From Candidatus Pacearchaeota archaeon (GTDB lineage: Archaea > Nanobdellota > Nanobdellia > Pacearchaeales > GW2011-AR1): DNA of 64,000 bases. This document shows positions 28,869 to 39,007 of the stretch, in pieces; position 1 is the first letter of the stretch, and each line of letters starts with the position of its first letter. The translations under genes and the position numbers were made by a program. The notes below the pieces were generated by a model. It did no database searches and was not told where the DNA came from. It saw only the letters and a list, made by a program, of their open reading frames with translations. The DNA lies in NCBI GenBank assembly GCA_041656875.1, contig JBBACR010000001.1, positions 325,386 to 389,385 of the forward strand, written 5' to 3'.

Positions 28869-29969
28869 TTACTTAACGTTAATGTATTGAGTTTTAAGCA
28901 ATTCGATTTCTGCAATTTTTTCATCAATTGCTTTTTGTAAATCTGCTTTTTTCTTTTTAATTTCGCGTTGTTTTGCGGATAATGCCTTTTCTTTTTCTTT
29001 TTCAATACGTAATCTTACAAAAACATCAGCAGAAACTGTAATAGGATCATTTACAGGCAGCATACAGATTTCGTAATCTGCTAATGTTTGATTTCCATGC
29101 ATATGACTTTTAATAGCGTCAATTGCACTTGAAGCACGTTGCCATGTTGATTTCGATTTATACCCAGGTGATAAGTATTTTGTGTCACCTTTCATTCGAA
29201 TTCTGTATAAATATTTTGGTTCAGCAGGTTTTTTGCTTTTTGCAACTGCTGCAGTTACCGCATTATTACTTTTTTTGCATGAATCCTCATTATTTTCTTT
29301 CATTGCATCAATGATTGATGTAATGCCATTCTTTTTCGATTTTAATGGAAATTCAGTATTTGATAATTGAGCTTTGATATCTTCATACTCAGCTTTTTGC
29401 TCAACTATTGTTGGCACTCTTGTTAATCCCATATAAGCATGTATTGTTCTGTCTTGTCCTGCAATTGTGCGAGAAGAAGGTGTAAATGTTCCTGGTTTTA
29501 TTAAAGCGTCAGGATCTGTAACAACTGTTGACCTTGTAACTGGTGTAGATGCTTTATCATTAATTGAAAGTTCACCTGACTTTTCATTATAATCAACATC
29601 AATTTTTGAAATTGCACCTGTACGTATTGCAGCAGCAAATGTTACATCTTTAATGTCAAACCCATTGATTTCTAATGTTTTTCTAACTAAAGTAGTTTTA
29701 TCAAGAACGATTTTCTGTTTGTACTTCATGTCAGCAGGTTCATTAATAGCAAATGTTAATGAATATTCATTATCAGATACTGTAATAATAAAACCGTTCT
29801 TTACTCTAATTTTGTCAGTTCCATTGATAATGGCATTAGACAAATCGAGAATTGTTTCATGTTGCAAACGAGGTTGCATAATGTTTGCCATTTTAGGCAA
29901 TGAACCTAAAAGATTCATCCAGTCGAAGTTATCGACAAGTGCTTGTGCTAAATTGATTGGTGTTGTCAT
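28869..29969 (-). CDS. Hypothetical protein
   Basis: 366 aa; C-terminal domain duplicated in the next gene. Confidence 0.7.
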   Translation of the reverse strand: MTTPINLAQALVDNFDWMNLLGSLPKMANIMQPRLQHETILDLSNAIINGTDKIRVKNGFIITVSDNEYSLTFAINEPADMKYKQKIVLDKTTLVRKTLEINGFDIKDVTFAAAIRTGAISKIDVDYNEKSGELSINDKASTPVTRSTVVTDPDALIKPGTFTPSSRTIAGQDRTIHAYMGLTRVPTIVEQKAEYEDIKAQLSNTEFPLKSKKNGITSIIDAMKENNEDSCKKSNNAVTAAVAKSKKPAEPKYLYRIRMKGDTKYLSPGYKSKSTWQRASSAIDAIKSHMHGNQTLADYEICMLPVNDPITVSADVFVRLRIEKEKEKALSAKQREIKKKKADLQKAIDEKIAEIELLKTQYINVK

Positions 29970-29974
29970 ATTTC

Positions 29975-30211
29975 TTATAATTGTGATTTAAAAATGTCTA
30001 AATGTTTTGCGGTTGATATTGTGTATAAATGTTCGGTGAGTTCTGTACAATTATGATACTTTTCAAAATTACGTATCATTCGATTGCATGCGTTGATATG
30101 TCCTTGACGTGTGCAAGATTCAATAGTTTTGCAAATTTTTTCTACGCTATCTTCAATTATTATAGCTGTATATGGATTCCATGGAATCCATATTTCCGGT
30201 GTCTCGTTCAT
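29975..30211 (-). CDS. Hypothetical protein
   Basis: 78 aa ORF in operon. Confidence 0.6.
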   Translation of the reverse strand: MNETPEIWIPWNPYTAIIIEDSVEKICKTIESCTRQGHINACNRMIRNFEKYHNCTELTEHLYTISTAKHLDIFKSQL

Positions 30212-30642
30212 TATTTTGTTAATTTAGTTAGCATGTATTGTACTTCAGATTCTGTTAGTTTGATTACGTTCTTCAATTTTATTTTGCAGATTTCATCAAT
30301 TGATAACATGGAATACACTAATGAATTTTCATTGTCGGCAATCAATAATGCAACGGCAAATGCAGTTGTTGTATCATTAGCAACAGCAAGGTTTTCATTT
30401 AACGTTTTTACCGTTTGTCTGAAATTTGCATTTTCAATTGCAGCTTCAGATAATTCATTTTGTATTTCATTAATACTCCAAAGTTTATTTTCGATTTCCG
30501 TCCCGTTCAAAAAAGAAAAATCACTTCGAATATTACTTCGGAATCTTTCCAATTCTCCAGGAAATGCTTGTGCAAAATATGAATCAGAATTCATCAATTC
30601 TTCAATCAATTTAATTTCGGCGTTTTTCGATAATGTTCCCAT
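30211..30642 (-). CDS. Hypothetical protein
   Basis: 143 aa, coiled-coil centre. Confidence 0.65.
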   Translation of the reverse strand: MGTLSKNAEIKLIEELMNSDSYFAQAFPGELERFRSNIRSDFSFLNGTEIENKLWSINEIQNELSEAAIENANFRQTVKTLNENLAVANDTTTAFAVALLIADNENSLVYSMLSIDEICKIKLKNVIKLTESEVQYMLTKLTK

Positions 30643-30826
30643 ACAATAAAGTTTTAAGTTAAATTAAGCAAAAATCCACATTGAAACAAAAAATAAACCA
30701 AAAAAACCAAGAATGATTACAAATCCTTTAATTGCTTCAGCTTTTTCATTTGTAGGATTTACAACAATTTCAGATAATTTAGTGTCAGTATAATTTTCCA
30801 TAGCGATTTGTTTTTATCAATTAATT

Positions 30827-30865
30827 AAAATCAAATATACAACATTTATGAAGCAATAGCAATAG
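30827..30865 (-). promoter_or_regulatory. Class I host-type promoter
   Basis: Copy of the 39-bp motif abutting the PPDK-like stop codon. Confidence 0.85.
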
Positions 30866-30866
30866 T

Positions 30867-32486
30867 TTATGAAAATAATTTTACATAAGATGATAATGAA
30901 TCGTATGCATCTGTTAATTTGAATTCTTCAACTATTAATTTTCCATCGTATATTTTGCCGTTTATTGCATCAACTGAAATAAAATCGCCTTCTTTATAAA
31001 CTTTATTGTTAATTGTTAATGTTAATGTTTTCATATCAATTGTCATATTGCTACAGCCAACAACACAAGGTTTATTCATTTGTCTTGCAACAATTGCTGC
31101 GTGGCATGTCATACCACCTCTTGTTGTTATAACGCCATCTGATAATTTCATACCAATTAAATCAGCAGGTGATGTATCAATTCTAACTAAAATTGAGTTT
31201 TCTCCGGATTTATTAAATTTTTCAACACTTTCATTATTAAAAGCAATACGGCCAACCGCAATACCGCTTGATGCACTTAATCCTGTTGAAATATGAATAT
31301 CGTTTACTTTTAATCTTTTTGCATTAAGAAAATGCAATTGAGTTTTATCTATTCTATTCAATGCAGTATTAGGTGATATTAAACCTTCGCACGCCATATC
31401 ATATGCAATATTAACAGCGCCAAGTATATTACATTTTGCATTTCTTGTTTGTAAAATGTAAACAATTTCATTTTCTATCGTAAATTCGATATCTTGAACA
31501 TCGCCATAATGTTGCTCTAATTTATTAGCATAAGATATGAGTTTACTATATGCAATTGGCATTGATTCTTCTAATGAAATGTAGTTTTTATTTCGTTCAG
31601 TTTCATCTATAAAATTATCAGTTGCCCATTTTGCCGATTCATATTTCGATATTTTTTTAGGTGTAACAACACCTGATACGATATCTTCACCTTGTGCTTT
31701 TGTCAAATATTCTCCAGTTATCAGATTTTCACCTGTAATAGGATTTCGTGTAAATAATACACCCGTTCCTGAATTGTCATTTATATTTCCAAAGACCATT
31801 GATTGTACAACAACAGCAGTTCCTAATGAATCATCTATGCCGTATGATTTTCTGTAATAAACAGCAACATCATTATTGAAAGAATTGAATACTGCAGATA
31901 TTGAACGGAATAACTGCGTGTATACATCAATAGGAAATTCTTCACCGATTTCTTTGAAATACAACTTTTTATATTCTGCAATTGCTGTTTGCAATTCTTC
32001 TACTGTTGCGTTATTATTGCAAAAATCAAATAAATCTTCATCGATGCCAGACACATGAATTGCAAAAGTTTCGATGAATTTCAAATATAATCGTAATGGA
32101 AATATTGCATCTCCAGTTTCTTTAGCAATTACATTAACAATATCATCATTGATTCCAACATTTAAAATTGTTGTCATCATGCCAGGCATTGATTCAACAC
32201 CGCTTGAACGTATTGATAAAAGTAATGGATTAGAACTTCCGCCGAACAACTTGTTTGTTTCTGATTCTAATGTTTTTATATCATTAGTAATATGCTGTTT
32301 TAATTCAGATGTTATGTTTTTATCGTTTTTCCATTTTGCGTATGCATCAGTTGAAACAATAAAACCGTATGGCAATGAAACATTCAAACGATTCATTTCT
32401 AAAAGATTGAATCCTTTTCTACCTACTGCTGTTAATTCGGCAGTATCTGAAAAATTTGTTCTAAAAAAATACGATAGTTTATTCAT
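30867..32486 (-). CDS. ppdK: Pyruvate phosphate dikinase-like protein lacking the C-terminal PEP/pyruvate domain
   Basis: G.KG.NL, LLSIRS..SMPGMM.T, VQSMVFGN, AQGEDIVSG, QDIEFT, LQTR, GGMTCHAAIVAR; ends ~25 aa after the His domain. Confidence 0.88.
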   Translation of the reverse strand: MNKLSYFFRTNFSDTAELTAVGRKGFNLLEMNRLNVSLPYGFIVSTDAYAKWKNDKNITSELKQHITNDIKTLESETNKLFGGSSNPLLLSIRSSGVESMPGMMTTILNVGINDDIVNVIAKETGDAIFPLRLYLKFIETFAIHVSGIDEDLFDFCNNNATVEELQTAIAEYKKLYFKEIGEEFPIDVYTQLFRSISAVFNSFNNDVAVYYRKSYGIDDSLGTAVVVQSMVFGNINDNSGTGVLFTRNPITGENLITGEYLTKAQGEDIVSGVVTPKKISKYESAKWATDNFIDETERNKNYISLEESMPIAYSKLISYANKLEQHYGDVQDIEFTIENEIVYILQTRNAKCNILGAVNIAYDMACEGLISPNTALNRIDKTQLHFLNAKRLKVNDIHISTGLSASSGIAVGRIAFNNESVEKFNKSGENSILVRIDTSPADLIGMKLSDGVITTRGGMTCHAAIVARQMNKPCVVGCSNMTIDMKTLTLTINNKVYKEGDFISVDAINGKIYDGKLIVEEFKLTDAYDSLSSYVKLFS

Positions 32487-32497
32487 AATCAATTTTT

Positions 32498-32536
32498 AAA
32501 ATCAAATATACAACATTTAGAAATCATTAGCAATGG
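32498..32536 (-). promoter_or_regulatory. Class I host-type promoter
   Basis: Copy of the motif directly upstream of the PPDK-like gene. Confidence 0.8.
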
Positions 32537-32550
32537 TTTCATCTAAAACT

Positions 32551-32979
32551 TTATAATAAAATTTGTAGCATTGTGATTCGTTTCTTTTCACAATTGTTTC
32601 TTTTTATAAATAACTTAAATTCTAAAACCTCACGACCTGGTGGAACGTTTACTCCTTTTTTATTGAAATGATATTTCAATTGTAAAAATTCAGGATATCC
32701 ACGTTTCATGTGTTCTGCATTGCAAATTGGAATATAAACACTTGAATGCATGTCGCCATCATGTAATGCTTTTAAACTATAACGTCTAATCAACGTGTCA
32801 GCCGCACCGTATAACAGTAATTTAAAAGTTAATTCATTAGGTTCCCATTCAGATGGCGATTGTGGCCATTGTTCGTCATGATAATCTGCTTGTTCACAAA
32901 TTGCAGACATGCACCGTTTCTCACAAAAATTTCCAATTGCTTTTGCAAATGATTTGATACTAATTTTTGGTTTTTTCAT
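32551..32979 (-). CDS. Hypothetical protein
   Basis: 142 aa ORF. Confidence 0.6.
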   Translation of the reverse strand: MKKPKISIKSFAKAIGNFCEKRCMSAICEQADYHDEQWPQSPSEWEPNELTFKLLLYGAADTLIRRYSLKALHDGDMHSSVYIPICNAEHMKRGYPEFLQLKYHFNKKGVNVPPGREVLEFKLFIKRNNCEKKRITMLQILL

Positions 32980-33694
32980 TTTCTTCTAAGTATTTGTTTG
33001 CTGCTTTACGAACTTGTTCTTTTGATTTAAACTCGCCAATTTGTGTTAAAATACCATCTTCGTGTGTTTTTTTGCCTTCATAATTAGCATGAAATAACAA
33101 AAATCGTGATTCTGTTACCGTGATAATAGGTATTTCAGATTTCCCTAAGCCAGTTCTATTTTTTTCTGTTTCTAAATAATATGATGCCCAAACCTTAGTT
33201 TTTATAATAAACGTTGGCCTACGCCAATCATCTTTTTTCAATTCGCCACAGCCGTTTTTTCTATATATCCATGATATTGTTGAATTTTCTAATTGTTCAA
33301 ACTTATCAGGCACATAATTTTCATGCAACTTTTGTCCTTTATCATATTGGTCATCCCAAGTAAACTTTAATTGCGATGCGGTTTTGGGCGTTATTTGCAA
33401 ATCGTACGGTTCGTACTCTATTCCATTAATATCTTTAGCAGTTACTTCTAAACATGATACCATTTTTTTGAACATACCGCCTCTTAAGTTAATCGACATT
33501 GTATCGCTTCCAAATTTGTATAATGAATTGAATTGCACAATAGTTCCTGCAGGAATTTTGTACGATTTATTTTTTGAATCGTATATATCAGCGTATGCTG
33601 CAAATTTAAAACGTGCGCCCCACGATGTATGTAATTCCCAATCATTTAAAAGAATTATGCATTCTTTACTTGCTGGCAACCAAAGTTTACTCAT
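32960..33694 (-). CDS. Hypothetical protein
   Basis: 244 aa ORF. Confidence 0.65.
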   Translation of the reverse strand: MSKLWLPASKECIILLNDWELHTSWGARFKFAAYADIYDSKNKSYKIPAGTIVQFNSLYKFGSDTMSINLRGGMFKKMVSCLEVTAKDINGIEYEPYDLQITPKTASQLKFTWDDQYDKGQKLHENYVPDKFEQLENSTISWIYRKNGCGELKKDDWRRPTFIIKTKVWASYYLETEKNRTGLGKSEIPIITVTESRFLLFHANYEGKKTHEDGILTQIGEFKSKEQVRKAANKYLEENEKTKN

Positions 33695-33917
33695 TAGTCT
33701 CCTCTTTTCGTTTTTTTCTGTATGTCTTCACAATCTGATTCCAAGCATCTTTATTTTCTTTTCGCCATTCACGATTATAATCGGCGACCTTTTCTTTGTT
33801 TTTATCTCGCCATTTTTTTTGATACTCTTTTAATTTCTCTGGATTGTTTTGTCGCCATTCCTTTTGAGCTTGACGTTGTCTTTCCTTTTGTTCTTCTTCA
33901 GTGAGTTTGCTTGACAT
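33687..33917 (-). CDS. Small basic protein with W-R repeats
   Basis: KEWRQNNPEK / KKWRDKNKEK / REWRKENKD 14-aa periodic repeat. Confidence 0.65.
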   Translation of the reverse strand: MSSKLTEEEQKERQRQAQKEWRQNNPEKLKEYQKKWRDKNKEKVADYNREWRKENKDAWNQIVKTYRKKRKEETNE

Positions 33918-33925
33918 AATGTTAA

Positions 33926-34273
33926 TTATTTTAAAGTATCTTCAGAATTTTCATCTGAAGCTGTTGGTATAGGTTCAACGGATGAACCAAATAGTTTCAT
34001 TCTTTTTGTTGTTCTTTTATTCATTTCTTTACCAATGAAATTTGCATTTTTATGGAATTTTTTTATTCTTGCAGGTTCAGCAGTCTTTAAATCGAAATAT
34101 ATGCCTTCTTTATCTTCACGTTTATCAACTATTTGAAAGGAAACAACATTACCTTCTGCATCAATAATCATTGATAATGCTAGTCCTAATCTGTGAAAAA
34201 ATTGTCGGTTCGCTTCTTGAAGATATCCTTTATCTCTAAATTCTTCTCCAGACATTGTTTTCAAATCTTCCAT
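33926..34273 (-). CDS. Hypothetical protein
   Basis: EFRDKGYLQEANRQFFHRLGLAL; 115 aa. Confidence 0.7.
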   Translation of the reverse strand: MEDLKTMSGEEFRDKGYLQEANRQFFHRLGLALSMIIDAEGNVVSFQIVDKREDKEGIYFDLKTAEPARIKKFHKNANFIGKEMNKRTTKRMKLFGSSVEPIPTASDENSEDTLK

Positions 34274-34511
34274 TACTTTTCGTCAAATTTTGGAATAGTT
34301 GAAACAAATTTTATACCGTTCTTTTCATCTGTATTTTTCCAAATTGTCTTTTGAGCAGTCTCGCTGTATTTTTCAGACAATACTTTTACGTTATTGAAAC
34401 GTTTATATGTTGCAACATATTCGTCTGGATTTTCAATGTTATAAATCTTTTCGCCGTTTTCGTTTACAATAAACCAGCCTTTCATTATACATTTTTCTTT
34501 GTGTCCTGGTT

Positions 34512-35042
34512 TTAAAACAGGTTCCTTAGTTTCTTCCATATTGTTTCTTTTTTATTTTGTGAATTTTCGTTTTCGTATAAAGCTTTATGCCTATCAGGTA
34601 TTTCAAATGAACCGCATATTTTATCTTCAGATTTATTTGGTGTTGGACTAGTCAAATTATGTGTATTGTACCAAGGTCCTTGACATAATACAGAATTTTC
34701 AAGGTTTGTCTCCCATTCTTCTTTTGTTATTGTCATTTTAGCACCAGCAAACCCGGGTTCGCTTATAAGATAATCACCATACCGTATGTTTGGGTATTTT
34801 CTTGGACTAAAGTCAGGTTCGGTTTTTCCTCTACTTTTAAAATCATCAATACTTTGTTGATTTTGTTGATAAATTGGACTTACCGACACCTCAACATATT
34901 CATTGCATTTATTGCAATAAAATCCATTGTAATCTGTTTCTGCAGGTCTTTTTATTTTGTAAGATCCGCAATGATTGCAAACTACTGGGATCTTTTGTTT
35001 TGTTTCTTCATTAAAGAAGTAATCATAAACGTTTCCTGACAT
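34512..35042 (-). CDS. Zn-ribbon protein
   Basis: CNHCGS ... CNKC. Confidence 0.6.
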   Translation of the reverse strand: MSGNVYDYFFNEETKQKIPVVCNHCGSYKIKRPAETDYNGFYCNKCNEYVEVSVSPIYQQNQQSIDDFKSRGKTEPDFSPRKYPNIRYGDYLISEPGFAGAKMTITKEEWETNLENSVLCQGPWYNTHNLTSPTPNKSEDKICGSFEIPDRHKALYENENSQNKKETIWKKLRNLF

Positions 35043-35052
35043 ATCAAGTATT

Positions 35053-35415
35053 TTAATTTATTTCAACATATAATTCAGTATATAATTCATGTCCTTCTGA
35101 TTGTAAAATTTCCTTTTTTGCTTTATCAATTGCTTCTTTTTTAATGTCGTCATCAGCAATTAAAAACCAATCATTTAATTTTGCAATACGAACTAGCTCA
35201 TTATAGTATTCTTCATCAATTTTACCTTTTAATGGAATTTGTGGGCATAACGGACTGTCGAATGATAACTTTCTACCATCCCAATAAATCAAAAAGTAAT
35301 CATGTTCATCACCACCTATTCCAATCAATCTTGCAACATTGTGATATCCCGTAATTAAAAATTGACCTTTACGTTCATTGAATAACTCAAGTAATCTTTC
35401 TAAACTTTTATCCAT
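35053..35415 (-). CDS. Hypothetical protein
   Basis: First ORF after a class II promoter. Confidence 0.65.
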   Translation of the reverse strand: MDKSLERLLELFNERKGQFLITGYHNVARLIGIGGDEHDYFLIYWDGRKLSFDSPLCPQIPLKGKIDEEYYNELVRIAKLNDWFLIADDDIKKEAIDKAKKEILQSEGHELYTELYVEIN

Positions 35416-35433
35416 TTGATTATTATTTTATTT

Positions 35434-35458
35434 TATATACACAAGCAATTAAAAGTTT
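35434..35458 (-). promoter_or_regulatory. Class II promoter
   Basis: AAACT-N12-TGTATATA. Confidence 0.7.
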
Positions 35459-36302
35459 ACTTTTTCAGTTTATTCTCCAGCATCGGTATAATTACCAATT
35501 CAAATGTTTCCTTTTCTGTTATGTAGTTATCTTTGTTTACCTGACCAATGCTTCTACTTGAAATAGAGCATGTTGATTGTTTGAATACTGATTCAAGAAA
35601 CTTTGGATCGTCAAATTTGATTTCATTATTCTGATTTGCATAACCAACAATTTCATCTTTATATTTTACAGGAATTGTGTATAACTTCATTTTTGTAAGT
35701 CGTTCTTCACGTCTTAATAACGTGTCAGCCCATTTTACACTTGCATTAAAAGTATCAGAATCGTTTTCAGTATTTATCATGCACATTGCTGCTTTTCGAT
35801 ACTCATCATATGTTGATTGTTTTTCATTGATTTTTGCAAACTCGTCCTTTGTTTTCCCATCACGCAATTTGACGCGTTTTAATCTGGCTTTGAAATCATC
35901 GGTTGCATTTGTTCCCGCAACAACCGCAATTACTTTATCGTATTTTGATGAATTGCCCAAAGACAATGCTTGTGCACATTCAACTAATACGTAATCTGCA
36001 TGCTGATTATCGCACCACATATCAAATAATGTATTGATATATGGAATCATAAAATCTTCGATTATTTTTTTCTTTTCATGATTTTCATAGAATTCTGTTA
36101 CGAATTCTCGTTTCAATCGAAATTCTTCTGTGAAGCAATCCTCACCAAATACTTTTTTATACACTTCTTGCACTACAGGATTCTTTAATGCAATTCTGTT
36201 TTCATTATCAACAAAAAATACAGGAACGCCAAGTTCTTGGAATTTTTTAGCAACAGTAGTTTTACCTGCTCCAATATTTCCAGTAAGTAATACTTTTAAC
36301 AT
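35457..36302 (-). CDS. coaE: Dephospho-CoA kinase with C-terminal extension
   Basis: LTGNIGAGKTTV, GVPVF.VD, RLKRV..RDG. Confidence 0.85.
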   Translation of the reverse strand: MLKVLLTGNIGAGKTTVAKKFQELGVPVFFVDNENRIALKNPVVQEVYKKVFGEDCFTEEFRLKREFVTEFYENHEKKKIIEDFMIPYINTLFDMWCDNQHADYVLVECAQALSLGNSSKYDKVIAVVAGTNATDDFKARLKRVKLRDGKTKDEFAKINEKQSTYDEYRKAAMCMINTENDSDTFNASVKWADTLLRREERLTKMKLYTIPVKYKDEIVGYANQNNEIKFDDPKFLESVFKQSTCSISSRSIGQVNKDNYITEKETFELVIIPMLENKLKK

Positions 36303-36981
36303 TATTTTTTTTCTTTAAATTGTTTTTTATACGAATTCCATGTTTTCTTACAAGATGTTGTAAACATCGGTTTATCATTTAATCTATCTTCTTCAGATTT
36401 ATAAATGTAATAAGTTGTTTGTTCTAAAAAGACTGCTCCGTTGATTGATTCTGTTTTAATCATTTTCAATATGTTTTAATTCGTTTGCATACCATTCACC
36501 AACCCACCTTTGATATCTAGGTTTTACCATAACGTAAAAGCCATTTTGAGAAATAACTCTTCCATATATCGGCCGAGGTTTATTTTCAAATTGTTTACCC
36601 AAGTTACCAATAATTATAACTTTTTCGCCATTTACATACGTATGTCGGGCTCTTTTTTGTTTTGGTTTTTCCATGATATGCTACTATACATTAATGTTAT
36701 TCTAATGAACTTATTATAACTTTTAATATACAACTATATCAAAAATTATAAGTCAGATATGAATTTCTATTTTGGGTTAATAATTATTTTATATCCTTCA
36801 GTTATTGCAATTTCCATATGTCCAAAATCAAGACACCGTCCTACTGTAAATCTTGGGTGATTAGATTCAAATATTCTTAATTGAATTCCATCATTATCTT
36901 TCCACATGCTGCCTGCTTGACTTTTAGGTTCCGCAAAGCATACAATTTCTCCGTATTTTGCCATAATTTAATATTTTATAT

Positions 36982-37006
36982 TATATACACAAAAGGCAGA
37001 TAGTTT
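36982..37006 (-). promoter_or_regulatory. Class II promoter
   Basis: AAACT-N12-TGTATATA upstream of 36964. Confidence 0.7.
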
Positions 37007-37035
37007 AACTTTGAAAAGTTTTAAAACTTTGAAAA
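37007..37035. repeat. Direct repeats and palindrome upstream of the MerR-type HTH gene (possible operator)
   Basis: AACTTTGAAAA at 37007 and 37025; perfect palindrome AAAGTTTTAAAACTTT at 37015-37030. Confidence 0.55.
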
Positions 37036-37072
37036 CTTTAATGAATATATAAATAAATTAATACTTATAAAC

Positions 37073-37279
37073 ATGACACTTTACACACCTGCGCAAGTTG
37101 CAAAATTATTCGGCGTATCAACTAACACAATCCGAAACTACGAATCTCAAGGTATTATTCCTAAAAGATTGCCAAGCGGTTATAGGAAATACACAATTCA
37201 AAACATCAAGGAACTTGTGGACCTTTTAGGAATTGACTCCGATGAAATTAAAAAAATTCTAACAGATGAACAAAACTAA
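37073..37279 (+). CDS. MerR-type / IS607-like HTH protein
   Basis: YTPAQVAKLFGVSTNTIRNYE..G....RLPSGYRKY. Confidence 0.88.
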   Translation: MTLYTPAQVAKLFGVSTNTIRNYESQGIIPKRLPSGYRKYTIQNIKELVDLLGIDSDEIKKILTDEQN

Positions 37280-38444
37280 ATACTTTTACGTTTACAAACT
37301 TGTACATAAGGAAACTGACGAATTTTACATAGGTTCTAGAGTTTGCAATTGTAAACCTGAAAAAGATATAAACTATCTTGGTTCAATGAAAACATGGAAA
37401 ACCGATAAATCGAAACTTTTAAAATCAATTCTTAAAACTGATTTTACTGCGACTGAGGATATGATTGAATTTGAAAGTAAACTTATATCAGAAAACATTA
37501 AAAACCCACTAAATCGAAATTACCACATTCCTAATTTAGGTTTTAGAACACACGGCAAAACTGCAGTTAAAGATAAAGATGGCAATGGGTTTCTTGTTGA
37601 CGTTAACGACGAAAGAATACTAACAGGCGAACTTCATCATGCGTGTAAAGGAAAATTTACGGCGCAAGACAGAGATGGAAATACTTTTCAAATTGCAATA
37701 AACGATAATATGTTTTTATCAGGTAACGCTTTCGGTTTAGCGAAAGGGATGCTGCCTGTTAAAGATAAAGATGGCAATACGTTTCAGGTTAATAAAAACG
37801 ATCCTAGATTTATTTCAGGCAATGTAACATCAATTTTTAAAGGAAAGGTTGTTGTAATTGATAAAAATAATAATACACTACAAGTAGATACTAACGATCC
37901 TAAATATATTTCTGGGGAATATGTGCATAACACAACAGGAAAGACAACTGTTAAAGATGAAAATGGAAATACGTTCCAAATTAACACAAACGATGAAAGA
38001 TATGTATCAGGAGAACTTCATCATATGAATATTGGTAAAGTTCCTGTTAAAGACAAAGAAGGCAATAGCTTTCAAGTTGCTAAAAATGATCCTCGACTTT
38101 TATCTGGTGAATTACAGCATGTTACAAAAGGTGCCAACATCGGTAAATGTATCGTTAAAGATGCAAATGGCAAAATATATCGTGTAGATCGTACAGATCC
38201 TCGGTTCATATCAGGCGAACTTGTGCATATTGCAGCAGGAAGAATTACTGTAAAGGACAAAGAGGGTAATACATTCCAAGTTGATAAAAACGATCCTAGA
38301 TATTTATCAGGCGAATTAATCAGTATTAACGCGGGTATGGCGTGGGGAACTGGAAAAGATAATACGCCTATCAGAACAAAAATCGATGATCCAAGATTTA
38401 AAACTGGAGAATTACAGCGAGGTCGAAAATACAGAATACGTTAG
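37266..38444 (+). CDS. GIY-YIG-like endonuclease with ~9 tandem ~31-aa repeats
   Basis: YVYKL....EFYIGSR, YLGSM, E, N; repeats VKDKDGN.FQV..NDPR..SGEL. Confidence 0.8.
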   Translation: MNKTKYFYVYKLVHKETDEFYIGSRVCNCKPEKDINYLGSMKTWKTDKSKLLKSILKTDFTATEDMIEFESKLISENIKNPLNRNYHIPNLGFRTHGKTAVKDKDGNGFLVDVNDERILTGELHHACKGKFTAQDRDGNTFQIAINDNMFLSGNAFGLAKGMLPVKDKDGNTFQVNKNDPRFISGNVTSIFKGKVVVIDKNNNTLQVDTNDPKYISGEYVHNTTGKTTVKDENGNTFQINTNDERYVSGELHHMNIGKVPVKDKEGNSFQVAKNDPRLLSGELQHVTKGANIGKCIVKDANGKIYRVDRTDPRFISGELVHIAAGRITVKDKEGNTFQVDKNDPRYLSGELISINAGMAWGTGKDNTPIRTKIDDPRFKTGELQRGRKYRIR

Positions 38445-39004
38445 TCACGTTTATTGTAAACCGTAAACTCTTCTTCAGGAACGAATACCAATTCGTTTTT
38501 AGCACGAGTACATGCGACGTAGTCTATGTTGCGTTCTTGCTGTATGTCCATATCCTTTTTCGCCCATGGTGCTTGTAGGATTTTTGGTTCAATGATAAAT
38601 ACTTTGTGCGATTCTAAACCTTTAACTTTATGAATTGTTGAACAACAAATTCCTGCTTTATTATCAGCAAAGATTGCAGCAATCAATGATGTTAATTCAG
38701 AAACCTTACTTAAACGTTTTGAATCTGTAAGAATTTCCATTACTTGAATTTTTTCTTCGAAATTTCTGTACGATGTTGTGTTTGTTGCCTCTTCAGGTGT
38801 CATTCCTAAGCCCATCAATTTAACTCTAATTTTTGAAAGGTCACCGTAAAGTGTTGAAATTGCACCTTTAATAGTTGGGCGTTTTGTTTTCTCCAACATT
38901 GTGATTAAGTTTTTTCCTATATCAGAACCTTTAACGTATGCTTTTTTATGTTGAGCAATAAATTTCATACAAAGGGTAACAAGTGGACGAGTTGTACGGC
39001 AAAG
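38441..39004 (-). pseudogene. C-terminal fragment of a UvrD/Rep-like SF1 helicase
   Basis: STIHKVKGLE, E.NI.YVACTRAK; frame continues upstream of the Met as LCRTTRPLV, then homology stops; no N-terminal half in the window. Confidence 0.75.
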
Positions 39005-39007
39005 AAA

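Noticed and set aside
30029..30649. 206-aa plus-strand ORF and similar antisense ORFs in the track
   Set aside because: Shadow frames of well-packed minus-strand genes, with atypical composition and no promoter motif
37073..38444. Complete IS607 or IS200/IS605 element
   Set aside because: No serine recombinase catalytic domain and no TnpB/RuvC motifs
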